A stretch of DNA of 37,242 bases. Source: Octopus bimaculoides (taxonomy: Eukaryota). A program made the position numbers and the translations under genes. The notes beneath the pieces are model-generated. The model saw only the letters and a program-made list of their open reading frames with translations, searched no databases and was not told where the DNA came from. Below, in pieces: positions 23,224-34,358 of the stretch (position 1 is its first letter; each line of letters begins with the position of its first letter). Location: the NCBI RefSeq assembly GCF_001194135.2, contig NC_069007.1:8867002-8904243 (forward strand), in the 5' to 3' direction.

Positions 23224-23810
23224 NNNNNNNNNNNNNNNNNNNNNNNNNNNNNNNNNNNNNNNNNNNNNNNNNNNNNNNNNNNNNNNNNNNNNNNNNNNNN
23301 NNNNNNNNNNNNNNNNNNNNNNNNNNNNNNNNNNNNNNNNNNNNNNNNNNNNNNNNNNNNNNNNNNNNNNNNNNNNNNNNNNNNNNNNNNNNNNNNNNNN
23401 NNNNNNNNNNNNNNNNNNNNNNNNNNNNNNNNNNNNNNNNNNNNNNNNNNNNNNNNNNNNNNNNNNNNNNNNNNNNNNNNNNNNNNNNNNNNNNNNNNNN
23501 NNNNNNNNNNNNNNNNNNNNNNNNNNNNNNNNNNNNNNNNNNNNNNNNNNNNNNNNNNNNNNNNNNNNNNNNNNNNNNNNNNNNNNNNNNNNNNNNNNNN
23601 NNNNNNNNNNNNNNNNNNNNNNNNNNNNNNNNNNNNNNNNNNNNNNNNNNNNNNNNNNNNNNNNNNNNNNNNNNNNNNNNNNNNNNNNNNNNNNNNNNNN
23701 NNNNNNNNNNNNNNNNNNNNNNNNNNNNNNNNNNNNNNNNNNNNNNNNNNNNNNNNNNNNNNNNNNNNNNNNNNNNNNNNNNNNNNNNNNNNNNNNNNNN
23801 NNNNNNNNNN

Positions 23811-24166
23811 NCCACAACTGATGCTTCTAATGTTCAGCTTTTCTCTCAAGATACTTACACTCTGACGGGTATTCACATTGACATTACACATCCAACGGTG
23901 CATACTGGCTTCATTCCTTGCGAGCTTACGTATGTCCTCAGCAGTTACAGCCCATGTTTCACTGCCATGTAGCATGGCTGTTCGTACGCATGTGTCATAC
24001 AGTCTGCCTTTTACTCTGAGTGAGAGACCCTTTGTCGCCAGCAGGGGTAAGAGCTCTCTAAACTTTGCCCAGGCTATTCTTATTCTAGCAGCTACACTTT
24101 CAGCGCACCCACCCCCACTACTAACTTGGTCGCCCAGATAGCGGAAGCTATCGACTACCTCTAACA
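23811..24166 (-). mobile_element. 5'-truncated RTE-clade LINE, C-terminal part of the RT ORF
   Basis: Open frame LEVVDSFRYLGDQVSSGGGCAESVAARIRIAWAKFRELLPLLATKGLSLRVKGRLYDTCVRTAMLHGSETW...RWMCNV. Host intron sequence resumes at about 24167. Confidence 0.88.
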
Positions 24167-24231
24167 GTAACTCATTGTATACAGTAATACTTTTATCGTG
24201 ATGACTAAACATGCAATAAAACTGTACTTAC

Positions 24232-24267
24232 CTGTTGGAGTAACCGATGGGCCAGCTATTCTGGGTA
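24232..24267 (-). CDS. 36-nt micro-exon, family B, peptide VPRIAGPSVTPT
   Basis: actttattgcAG|TACCCAGAATAGCTGGCCCATCGGTTACTCCAACAG|GTaagt. Two synonymous changes versus 16320. Confidence 0.82.
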
Positions 24268-25144
24268 CTGCAATAAAGTATCAATGAAGTTGTATTATAA
24301 ACTCGCTTTGTTTTAATCTTAATAACTAAAAGAAATCTTTAATATGTCATAAATATACTTCTAAATCTTACAGTATATTTTTGTTTAAATAATATCCACA
24401 GGCTATATAGACAAACAATTTCTGTAATTATGCAGATGTTTACATATTTCTAAACAAAAAAAAATTAATAAAATTAGGGCTGTACTTTATAATGGAGAAA
24501 TAAACATTATCTTTTGTTTTGTTACTGAAGATGTCCTATGAAATTATGGTGAAATTTTCATTCTTTTTGCATCTGCCATGATTGTGATTTTACTTGGCTT
24601 GATGGGTCTTTTTCTCAAGCATGACCTAACACCAAAGTGACAGTCATTCGTCATTGCGTCTATGAGGCCCAACACTCGAAAGGAGCTTTTCACATGCCAC
24701 TGGCATGGGCCACTTTGCCTTGGTGTGAAATAAACATTATATTTGGTTTTGTTACTGAAGATGTCCTAAGAGATTAAGGTGAGAATTTCAGTTTTTGTTT
24801 TCATAGAAAACTGAATGTCTTTCTTCAAAAACTTGAAAATATTTTCTTTTTAATTAAAATAAGAAAAAGTTGGCTAAGTTTTAGAATATTTCCAACAACA
24901 CAAAGAGAAAAAGTTATCAATGGTGGCGAAGAGAGTGAAAGATAGATACAGAAAAGAATATATTAATAGGCTAAGGTTGAAAAATGTTACACAGTCACAT
25001 GACTAGTTGAAGGAAAAGAGAAAGAGAAGCGTTAAAGACATGAATTAAGGGGAATGAAAGGTGTTTGTTTTTAAATGAAAATATTAAAGAATAAGAAATT
25101 TTTAAAGGAACACTAATATTTATGGCTCTATATAAACTAAGAAG

Positions 25145-25376
25145 TCATCATCATCATCATCATCGTTTAACGTCCGCTTTCCATGCTAGCATGGGTTGGA
25201 CGATTTGACTGAGGACTGGTGAAACCGGATGGCAACACCAGGCTCCAGTCTGATTTGGCAGAGTTTCTACAGCTGGATGCCCTTCCTAACGCCAACCACT
25301 CAGAGAGTGTAGTGGGTGCTTTTACGTGTCACCCGCACGAAAACGGCCACGCTCGAAATGGTGTCTTTTATGTGCC
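25145..25376 (-). mobile_element. 3' part of an RTE-tail SINE/LINE-like repeat (family 4)
   Basis: (CAT)n tail and ggatgcccttcctaacgccaacc motif; reverse-strand homolog of 27765-28196. Confidence 0.75.
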
Positions 25377-25941
25377 NNNNNNNNNNNNNNNNNNNNNNNN
25401 NNNNNNNNNNNNNNNNNNNNNNNNNNNNNNNNNNNNNNNNNNNNNNNNNNNNNNNNNNNNNNNNNNNNNNNNNNNNNNNNNNNNNNNNNNNNNNNNNNNN
25501 NNNNNNNNNNNNNNNNNNNNNNNNNNNNNNNNNNNNNNNNNNNNNNNNNNNNNNNNNNNNNNNNNNNNNNNNNNNNNNNNNNNNNNNNNNNNNNNNNNNN
25601 NNNNNNNNNNNNNNNNNNNNNNNNNNNNNNNNNNNNNNNNNNNNNNNNNNNNNNNNNNNNNNNNNNNNNNNNNNNNNNNNNNNNNNNNNNNNNNNNNNNN
25701 NNNNNNNNNNNNNNNNNNNNNNNNNNNNNNNNNNNNNNNNNNNNNNNNNNNNNNNNNNNNNNNNNNNNNNNNNNNNNNNNNNNNNNNNNNNNNNNNNNNN
25801 NNNNNNNNNNNNNNNNNNNNNNNNNNNNNNNNNNNNNNNNNNNNNNNNNNNNNNNNNNNNNNNNNNNNNNNNNNNNNNNNNNNNNNNNNNNNNNNNNNNN
25901 NNNNNNNNNNNNNNNNNNNNNNNNNNNNNNNNNNNNNNNNN

Positions 25942-26338
25942 NTACTTGTTTCAGTCATTTGACTGTGGCCATGCTGGAGCACCACCTTTAGTCGAGCAAA
26001 TCGACCCCGGGACTTATTCTTTGTAAGCCTAGTACTTATTCTATCAGTCTCTTTTGCCGAACCACTAAGTGACGGGGACATAAACACACCAGCATTGGTT
26101 GTCAAGCAATGCTAGGGGGACAAACACAGACACACAAACACACACACACATATATATATATATACATATATACGACGAGCTTCTTTCAGTTTCCGTCTAC
26201 CAAATCCACTCACAAGGCTTTGGTCGGCCCGAGGCTATAGTAGAAGACACTTGCCCAAGATGCCACGCAGTGGGACTGAACTCGGAACCATGTGGTTGGT
26301 AAGCAAGCTACTTACCACACAGCCACTCCTGCGCCCAT
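25942..26338 (-). mobile_element. tRNA-derived SINE family 2
   Basis: Highly similar to 29286-29688 and 11613-11920. Confidence 0.9.
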
Positions 26339-27050
26339 ACTAAAAAATAAATAAATTAGTATGGCTGGATAAATAACATGTGCATGTAAACTGGAGGTTG
26401 AGAATTCTTTTTGTAGAACTAACTTATCGTGATGAAAATAATTACTTATATATCTTATAAACACTGGCTCTCCATTGTCTAGTTATGAAATGCTGAAATT
26501 CCTCTAAGTTATCTTCAAAATCTGAAAGCAATTTTAGGCAATGAATCCAGTTGTGATATGAATGTTCATGTCTATCCATAAAGCAATGAATCTACCCAAA
26601 ACTAGCTTTGAAATTGTGAGACTTCTTTTACATCTTCCTTGCTATGTAGGTCAGTTGTACTAACCCCCTGTACTTACAATTCTGTGTTCCTTAATTCACT
26701 TACTCAGCCCATCTTTCAACTTAAGAATTGGTGTTCATTTCTCCCAGTCCTGACACATTTGATATTGTGCACGAATTAGAAGTTGGACTTCATTTTTTAT
26801 CAGTGTTGAATACTGAATTCAGATTATCTAAGACCATGACCTGCTGTTCAGCTCTAAGTTGACCCTTCATATTTATATAAGTAATCTTTAATTCAGTAGG
26901 TGATATTTCAGTGTTTTGCCATTTGTCACATGTTCTGTTAGAACCAATGAGATTAAGGTAATGTCAGTTATTTCTTGGATCTGGTTGTTTTGGAGAATAT
27001 AGTTTACAGTCTATCAGTAACACTGACTAAAATTTCCTCAATGTTGATTT

Positions 27051-27335
27051 TGTGGTGTATGCGAGCGATTGGTAGTAAACGGCTTACCTGATCTTCCTTC
27101 TACCACATGAGCCTATCTTGTGGTATCCTGTCCTGACCTAAAGAATGCTAGAAATAGCAGCTGCCTCTCCCTCACCTGGACGATCGCCTCGTACGTCTTC
27201 GCGTCGCAACGACCCGGCACGAAATCCCAATCGTGGCTCCCTCTGCCCCTCTTCCTCTTCTGGTCAGCTCCCAGTTCCGGTCAGCTCCCGGTTCCAGTCA
27301 GCGGTCAGCTCCCCAGTCACTGACGTCATACCACA
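27051..27335. mobile_element. Solo LTR, 285 bp
   Basis: TGTGGT...ACCACA termini with 5-bp TSD GATTT (27046-27050, 27336-27340). Empty paralogous site at 16776-16780; GC-rich. Confidence 0.85.
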
Positions 27336-27555
27336 GATTTTACAAGAGGTGGGACATTTACAGCCGACACTAACAAGTAAAGATCAAATATTACTTCTGA
27401 ATTTGCTTTTTGTTTCTTTTAGATTGTATGAACCAAACTAAAACTAATCCAAAACTGATAAGTTATATACCGTGACAGACAAGGTAAACTTAGACACCTA
27501 GTAAGTACTTTCATTATATTGACTAAACATATAGTTCAGTATTAAATATACAAAC

Positions 27556-27591
27556 CTGCTGAGGAAACTGTTGGAGTACCTGTGCTTGCAG
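27556..27591 (-). CDS. 36-nt micro-exon, family D, peptide AASTGTPTVSSA
   Basis: tttctcttttgcAG|CTGCAAGCACAGGTACTCCAACAGTTTCCTCAGCAG|GTttgt. Phase 1-1, open. Confidence 0.78.
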
Positions 27592-27764
27592 CTGCAAAAG
27601 AGAAATAATTTACTTGTATTATACAATTTTACACAGTTAATAAATTACATAAATTTTCACTAACTAATTATGTACAGATGCATTCTTAATGTGACATACA
27701 AACAGAAATATAGAAATATAAACCAATATTTGAAATGAATATATATATATATATATATATATAT

Positions 27765-28196
27765 AGCCAAGTGAAATCATAGTCGTGACCAATGGTGGTG
27801 TCGCGTAAGTGGCACATAAAATGCACCTTTTGAGCATTGAGCCTCAGAGAAGCAAAGTGGCCAATGCTGGTGGCACATGAAAAGCTGCTTTTGAGTGTTG
27901 GGCCCCATGGAGGCAATGACAAATGACTGAGACCTTGGCATAATGTCGTGTTTGAGAAGAAGACCCTTCAAGCCAAGTAAAATTGCTGTCATGGCAGATA
28001 CTGGTGTCACGTAAATGGCACCCACTACACTCTCTGAGTGGCTGGCATTAGGAAAGGCATCCAGCTGTAGAAACCCTGCCAAATCAGACTGGGACCTGGT
28101 GCAGCCTTCCAGCTGGCCAGCCCCAGTCAAACGATCCAACCCATGCCAGCATGGAAAGCAGACACTAAATGATGATGATGAGGATAATGACAATGA
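27765..28196 (+). mobile_element. RTE-tail SINE/LINE-like repeat (family 4)
   Basis: Ends ggttggcattaggaaaggcatccagctgtagaa-like...ccatgccagcatggaaagcagacactaaa(TGA)n. Related fragment at about 24603-24726. Confidence 0.7.
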
Positions 28197-28331
28197 TATA
28201 TACCTTTTTTGGGGTTTTAATTTTGTCTTGAAGAGTTCGGTTAACAAACAAAAGCGTTAATAAAGAATTATCCAAAATTCTGACAGCCTCCTTTTTCTGA
28301 ATATACAATATCTGTACACCACTTCTTTGCA

Positions 28332-28721
28332 TGTTGTTGTTGGCACTCTGTCGCTTACGACGTCGAGGGTTCCAGTTGATCCGATCAACGGAACAGCCTG
28401 CTCGTGAAATTAACGTGCAAGTGGCTGAGCACTCCACAGACACGTGTACCCTTAACGTAGTTCTCGGGGATATTCAGCGTGACACAGTGTGACAAGGCTG
28501 ACCCTTTGAATTACAGGCACAACAGAAACAGGAAGTAAGAGTGAGAGAAAGTTGTTGTGGAAGAGTACAGCAGGGTTCGCCACCATCATCTCCTGCCGGA
28601 GCCTCGTGGAACTTTAGGTGTTTTCACTCAATAAACACTCACAACGCCCGGTCTGGGAATCGAAACCGTGATCCTATGACCGCGAGTCCGCTGCCCTAAC
28701 CACTGGGCCATTGTGCCTCTA
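28332..28721 (-). mobile_element. Full-length tRNA-derived SINE family 1
   Basis: Reverse complement of the 34359 copy; TSD-like cacttcttt on both sides. Confidence 0.9.
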
Positions 28722-29285
28722 CACTTCTTTACATACATACAAACAAACAAACAAACAAAAATACTCTGTTTTTGATGTGGAAATTTAAATGAAGGAACTT
28801 TGGATCTCGGTTAGAAGCTGGCTCTTTTTCAACGTGCAAGTAATCTTGAGATAAAACTGAACAATGACAGACAGATATGCAGACATACAGAAATGCATAC
28901 ATACATACATACACGACCATACCAGCACAGATGTCTCTCTTGTGCACCACATCTGGTGTTTATTATGCCCAGTTTTTCTCTCAGGATACTTAAATTCAGT
29001 CATGCATGCAAATTGACATTGCTCATCTGGTGGAGCATACTAGATTCATTTCTTTCAGGCTTTCACATGTCCTCTGTTGTTAAACATGGGTTGTGATAGC
29101 AGAGAACATGTGAAAGCTTGAAAGAAATGAACTGTTAAAGAAATGAGCTGTGCAATGTTCTTGTCTATCACCACAACAGTTGTTTATATAGGAACGATAC
29201 TACAGTTTCAACTCCACATGTAAGCATTTTGCCACATGTGAACCCAGCCAGGCTGAATGTCTCTGATGAGAACTGGCTTCATGTG

Positions 29286-29688
29286 TTACTCTTTTACTTG
29301 TTTCAGTCATTTGACTGCGGCCATACTGGAGCACCGCCTTTAGTCAAGCAAATCGACTCCAGGACTTATTCTTTGGATGACTAGTACTTATTCTATCGGT
29401 CTCTTTTGCCGAACCACTAAGTTACGGGAACGTAAACACATCATCATCGGTTGTCAAGCGATGTTAGGGGGACAAACACAGACATACAAACACATACACA
29501 CACATACATATATACATATATACGACAGGCTTCTTTCAGTTTCCGTCTACCAAATCCACTCACAAGGCTTTGGTTGGCCCGAGGCTATAGTAGAAGACAC
29601 TTGCCCAAGGTGCCACGCAGTGGGAATGAACCCGGAACCATGTGGTTGGTGAGCAAGCTACTTACCACACAGCCACTCCTGCACCTAT
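29286..29688 (-). mobile_element. Full-length tRNA-derived SINE family 2
   Basis: Head ataggtgcaggagtggctgtgtggtaag and tail aaacaagtaaaagagtaa. Confidence 0.9.
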
Positions 29689-29807
29689 GTTATTAATAAT
29701 TATTTCAAACCACTTGATGATAAGCTAAAAATTCTATCACAGAATCACAAATTGCATTCAGTAATAATTTATAATAATCACTAAACATACAGTAAAAGTG
29801 TATTTAC

Positions 29808-29843
29808 CTGAAGGAATAAATGATATGTCAGATACACTTGATC
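29808..29843 (-). CDS. 36-nt micro-exon, family A, peptide GSSVSDISFIPS
   Basis: cattttgttgcAG|GATCAAGTGTATCTGACATATCATTTATTCCTTCAG|GTaaat. Phase 1-1, and open despite 7 substitutions versus 8162. Confidence 0.75.
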
Positions 29844-30123
29844 CTGCAACAAAATGACAATTTACTTGTGTTAATTAATAACTAATACAGTTCTTTAATA
29901 TGTCACATGTATGATTTGATTAAATGAATAACAGTTATTACAAAAAGAATATATCATATTTATTTAGAGATTTTTCTCAAGATCTGCAGACCAAACCATC
30001 AGAACTGTGCATCATAAAGATGAATTAAACCGAAATAATTGTTTTGATGATAAATATCTAAATATATGTGCCAGGAATTTATTAATGGGAAAGTATCATT
30101 TGTTTTTATCAATCACTTACAAA

Positions 30124-30176
<53 letters not shown>

Positions 30177-31144
30177 GAGAATATATATCAGTGTGGTCTA
30201 AAAAATAGGGTTCTCAAAGGGACCATTTGGAGCTCGATGGAGGCATTTTGGAGCAAAGCGGTGCTAGGGGAGCATTAAAAGACTTGGGGAGTGCTGGAAG
30301 ACCCTCAACTTTGGTAAGTTAAATTTGAAATTAAAGGGGTAGTAGACATTTTTCACATCCCTGTGACAGTCAGTTTTAAAAAAATCATGCCTTTTTGTTT
30401 CAAATTTTCAAAAACTTAAAAAACACTTTTTCCACGTTGGCAACTCCAAGTAANNNNNNNNNNNNNNNNNNNNNNNNNNNNNNNNNNNNNNNNNNNNNNN
30501 NNNNNNNNNNNNNNNNNNNNNNNNNNNNNNNNNNNNNNNNNNNNNNNNNNNNNNNNNNNNNNNNNNNNNNNNNNNNNNNNNNNNNNNNNNNNNNNNNNNN
30601 NNNNNNNNNNNNNNNNNNNNNNNNNNNNNNNNNNNNNNNNNNNNNNNNNNNNNNNNNNNNNNNNNNNNNNNNNNNNNNNNNNNNNNNNNNNNNNNNNNNN
30701 NNNNNNNNNNNNNNNNNNNNNNNNNNNNNNNNNNNNNNNNNNNNNNNNNNNNNNNNNNNNNNNNNNNNNNNNNNNNNNNNNNNNNNNNNNNNNNNNNNNN
30801 NNNNNNNNNNNNNNNNATTATGTAATAACATATTGTTCAATAACTTTGGAAGTAATAACATTTATTAATATAAGGTTTGAAAAAAGCTCAGATATTGCTT
30901 AAATCTACTTCCAATAATTAATCAAAAATCTTCCTACGTTTACTTAATAAAGGGTTTTTTTCTTTATTTTCTAACAGGAGTCTCAAACATTGCCACCTGG
31001 AAATTAGTTTTCTATGGCTTGTGGCAGAAACATCTTCATGACCAATATTTTACTAAAACTTGGTAATTTGTCCCACGCATTTACTCCACAAATGTTTTGA
31101 CGTCAATGCTGCACTTTCCTGTATCACCTGTTTCAACATAACTG

Positions 31145-31177
<33 letters not shown>

Positions 31178-31194
31178 AACTATATCATTTTTAT

Positions 31195-31222
31195 CCCGAG
31201 CAATGCTGGGTATCTCTGCTAG
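31195..31222 (+). mobile_element. Possible Helitron 3' terminus
   Basis: Hairpin cccgagcaatgctggg followed by ...tgCTAG|T; host paralogous sequence resumes right after. The 5' end was not located. Confidence 0.4.
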
Positions 31223-31371
31223 TATTTATATAGCTATTACTCTTTTGTTCAGTAGGTGATATTTCAGTGTTTCACCTTTTGTTACGTGTTCTATAGAATG
31301 AAAATGACTAAAGTAGTGTCAGTTATTCATCGGAATTGGTTTTTGGAGAATATAGTTTTCAGTCTATTAGG

Positions 31372-31858
31372 AAGAGGTAGTGCTGTCCTGGGTCAAAAGG
31401 GTGGCTGCTGGAAGACCCTATGTCTGGCAATAGGGCTCTGCACAATGTCACACAAACAGGAGAACCCAGTCATGACTGTCAGACAATTTGTGCAACCACA
31501 TCACCCCTAGTATCTGGCCACCTAACTCCCCAGACTGCAGCCCCCTAGATTATTGTGTGGGGCACATTTGAATGAGAGACCAACAAAACTCATTTTAACA
31601 CCAAAGGTGAACTGAAGACAAGGATTATGGCAGCGTTCACCAACCTAAACAAGGAGACAGTCCAGAAGAGTTGCAGGAGATTCCGAAGTCGTCTGGAGGC
31701 CGTGATCGAAGCCAGTTGTGATTTTATTAAATAAATTTACTCTTTAGAATTTCAAGATATTTTTATGTAATTTTGGTAAATATATCTGTTAAAATGGGAC
31801 GTCAGTGTTATTTTCATTTTGGGATAATTTAGATGACAGTTTATTCGTCGCACACTGT
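31372..31858 (+). mobile_element. 3' half of a second maT (DD37D) transposon
   Basis: GRPYVWQ*GSAQCHT...IWPPNSPDCSPLDYCVWG...SCRRFRSRLEAVIEA, ending ...gcacactgTA; 5'-truncated. Confidence 0.8.
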
Positions 31859-32301
31859 ATATATAGTTCAGGCACATGGCTTAATGGATTGGGTTTGGGA
31901 TTCAAGATCGTAACGATGTTGTTTCAATTCCTGGACCAGGCAATGCATTGTGCTCTTGAGCAAAACACTTCATTTCATGTTGCTCCAGTCTTCTTAGCCA
32001 TTAAAAGTGTGTATTCCTGTGAAGGACTGATGTCCTGTCCTGAGAGTTATATATGCACCAGAAACCCCAGGAAACCATCCTTATGTCTCCAAAAAAGAAT
32101 TATTGTATGTATGTATGTATGTATGTATGTATGTTAACATGAAATTAAGTATACATGAAATATCATCATTAAAGGGCAACTTAGCTCAGTGAAGTGTTTA
32201 GGATGTGAAACCATTACCAAAAAATCTAATGAGAGATAGTTAGTACTTCCATTATTAACATTTAACATATGGAAGAATTATTTAGTATGAAATATATATA
32301 C

Positions 32302-32331
32302 CTGTGAATGAAATAGCGGAACCACTTGCAC
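32302..32331 (-). CDS. 30-nt micro-exon, family C, peptide GASGSAISFT
   Basis: actcttttacAG|GTGCAAGTGGTTCCGCTATTTCATTCACAG|GTatat. Confidence 0.75.
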
Positions 32332-32574
32332 CTGTAAAAGAGTAACATTATATTTGTATTATAAACTGGTTTCCACAAAATTTTAATATCTCCAATGTAC
32401 ATTTATATACTACAGAAGAGATCATTAAATAAAATATAAATGGTAAACTTAGTTCATATATTACATGGAATCTGTTTATTTCAAGTTCTTTCATTAAATA
32501 CTTGTCTCCAGAACACATCTACAAGAATTGATCATTTAACATGTGGAAGAATTATTAGTGTGAAATATATATAC

Positions 32575-32604
32575 CTGTAGATGAAATAGGGAAACCACTT
32601 GCAC
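32575..32604 (-). CDS. 30-nt micro-exon, family C, peptide GASGFPISST
   Basis: actcttttacAG|GTGCAAGTGGTTTCCCTATTTCATCTACAG|GTatat. Confidence 0.75.
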
Positions 32605-32848
32605 CTGTAAAAGAGTAGCATTATATTTGTATTATAAACTGGTTTCCACAAAACTTTAATACCTCAAATGTACATTTATATACTACAGAAGAGATCATTA
32701 AATAAAATATAAATGGCAAACTTAGTTCATATATTACATAGAATCTGTTTATTTCAAATTCTTTCATTAACTACGTCTCTCTAGAACACATCTACAAGAA
32801 TCGATCATTTAACAAATGGAAGAATTATTTAGTGTGAAATATATATAC

Positions 32849-32878
32849 CTGTAGATGAAATAGGGAAACCACTTGCAC
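32849..32878 (-). CDS. 30-nt micro-exon, family C, peptide GASGFPISST
   Basis: Identical to 32575, with AG/GT intact. Confidence 0.75.
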
Positions 32879-33122
32879 CTGTAAAAGAGTAGCATTATAT
32901 TTGTATTATAAACTGGTTTCCACAAAACTTTAATATCTCAAATGTACATTTATATACTACGGAAGAGATAATTAAATAAAATATAAATGGTAAACTTAGT
33001 TCATATATTACATAGAATCTGTTTATTTCAAGTTCTTTCATTAAATACTTGTCTCCAGAACAAATCTACAAGAATCGATCATTTAACATGTGGAAGAATT
33101 ATTTAGTGTGAAATATATATAC

Positions 33123-33152
33123 CTGTAGATGAAATAGGGAAACCACTTGCAC
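33123..33152 (-). CDS. 30-nt micro-exon, family C, peptide GASGFPISST
   Basis: Identical to 32575, with AG/GT intact. Confidence 0.75.
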
Positions 33153-33698
33153 CTGTAAAAGAGTAGCATTATATTTGTATTATAAACTGGTTTCCACAAA
33201 ACTTTAATATCTCAAATGTACATTTATATACTACGGAAGAGATAATTAAATAAAATATAAATGGTAAACTTAGTTCATATATTACATAGAATCTATGTTT
33301 ATTTCAAGTTCTTTCATTAAATACTTGTCTCTAGAACACATCTACAAGAATCGATCAGTGTATATCTTTGATTAAAATTCTCATTGTCACACTGACTTTT
33401 CTGCTGTAGTTATAAGAACTCCCACTTTATTGAAATAGCAATGCATGTATCATGTCTTCAAAAATACTACTATCGTCCACCACACATTTATTCAGTATTT
33501 TAGGAATGTATTATTCTATATATTTCATACAAACGTTGTGATTCTTCCATTTTAATCTACAATTTTTATTCAGTCATCAAATATACATCTTCTATACAAA
33601 ACTTATCAAAACAGAGGAGAACTCAAATTATATTTAAAATTAATACATATAGTTAGAATATTAAGACATTTTGTTTGTTAATATTAAAATTTCCATAC

Positions 33699-33728
33699 CA
33701 GTTTTAGGGCCTGTTGAACCAGTTACCC
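33699..33728 (-). pseudogene. Family G micro-exon with mutated acceptor (GVTGSTGPKT)
   Basis: ctttgattacTG|GGGTAACTGGTTCAACAGGCCCTAAAACTG|GTatgg. Frame open and donor intact; acceptor AG>TG. Confidence 0.65.
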
Positions 33729-33984
33729 CAGTAATCAAAGAATAAACATCTATTTGCTTTCTATTATACATCACTTTAGCTGATAGGTATTACAATAACA
33801 AATTACTCTATTGTGTAAATATTTGAGCACATGTGGAAAATAATATTGCATGTTTAAGGTAAAAATATCATGATTTGTTGACATATGAGGGATATGTTTG
33901 AATCACAGGAAGGTTAAGAGAGAAAATAGTGTTTGTATGTGGCAGATACACAAATAAAATAAACATTAAACACAGACATGCATT

Positions 33985-34255
33985 AGATTTTCTTAAATAC
34001 CCAAGAGGCTCCCTAGAGATTGTTGATAGTTTCTGTTACCTAGATGACCAAGTTAGCAGTGCAGATGGATGTTCTGAAAGTATAGAAGTTTCGATCATCA
34101 AAATTGATGGAACTTACAAGGAGACCCAGTGAAGTGTGGGATAAGATAAGGGCTGATGCCAAGTTACTGAACCTCACAGAAGAGATGACAAAAGAGGGGA
34201 ATATGTGACAGTATGATGTTCTCAAGAAGACTCGTCTACATCAGCAAACCTGAGT
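33985..34255 (+). mobile_element. Old RTE LINE fragment
   Basis: KYPRGSLEIVDSFCYLDDQVSSADGCSESI is homologous to the RT C-terminus at 23811-24166; boundaries approximate. Confidence 0.65.
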
Positions 34256-34358
34256 TCTATGAGTACTAAGTATATTGTACTCTCATGTTTACTGAACTTT
34301 TATATTTTCTACAAAATAAATCAGTTACTTAGTATAGTTTCAACTCCATATATAAGCA

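Larger units (their letters stand above)
32259..33356. repeat. Tandem array, 4 x 273-274 bp, each unit carrying one family C micro-exon
   Basis: Unit starts (catttaaca) at 32259, 32533, 32806 and 33080; units are near-identical. Confidence 0.95.

Noticed and set aside
28922-28951. 30-nt AG...GT segment reading DVVHKRDICA
   Set aside because: No pyrimidine tract, no paralog and a composition unlike the other exons; likely chance.
30190-30453. GC-richer island beginning cagtgtggtc, a possible DNA transposon end
   Set aside because: It runs into a gap, with no matching terminus or coding remnant identified, so it cannot be classified.
32259-33356. CRISPR-like regular repeat
   Set aside because: Eukaryotic context, whole 274-bp units are repeated with no unique spacers, and there are no cas genes.
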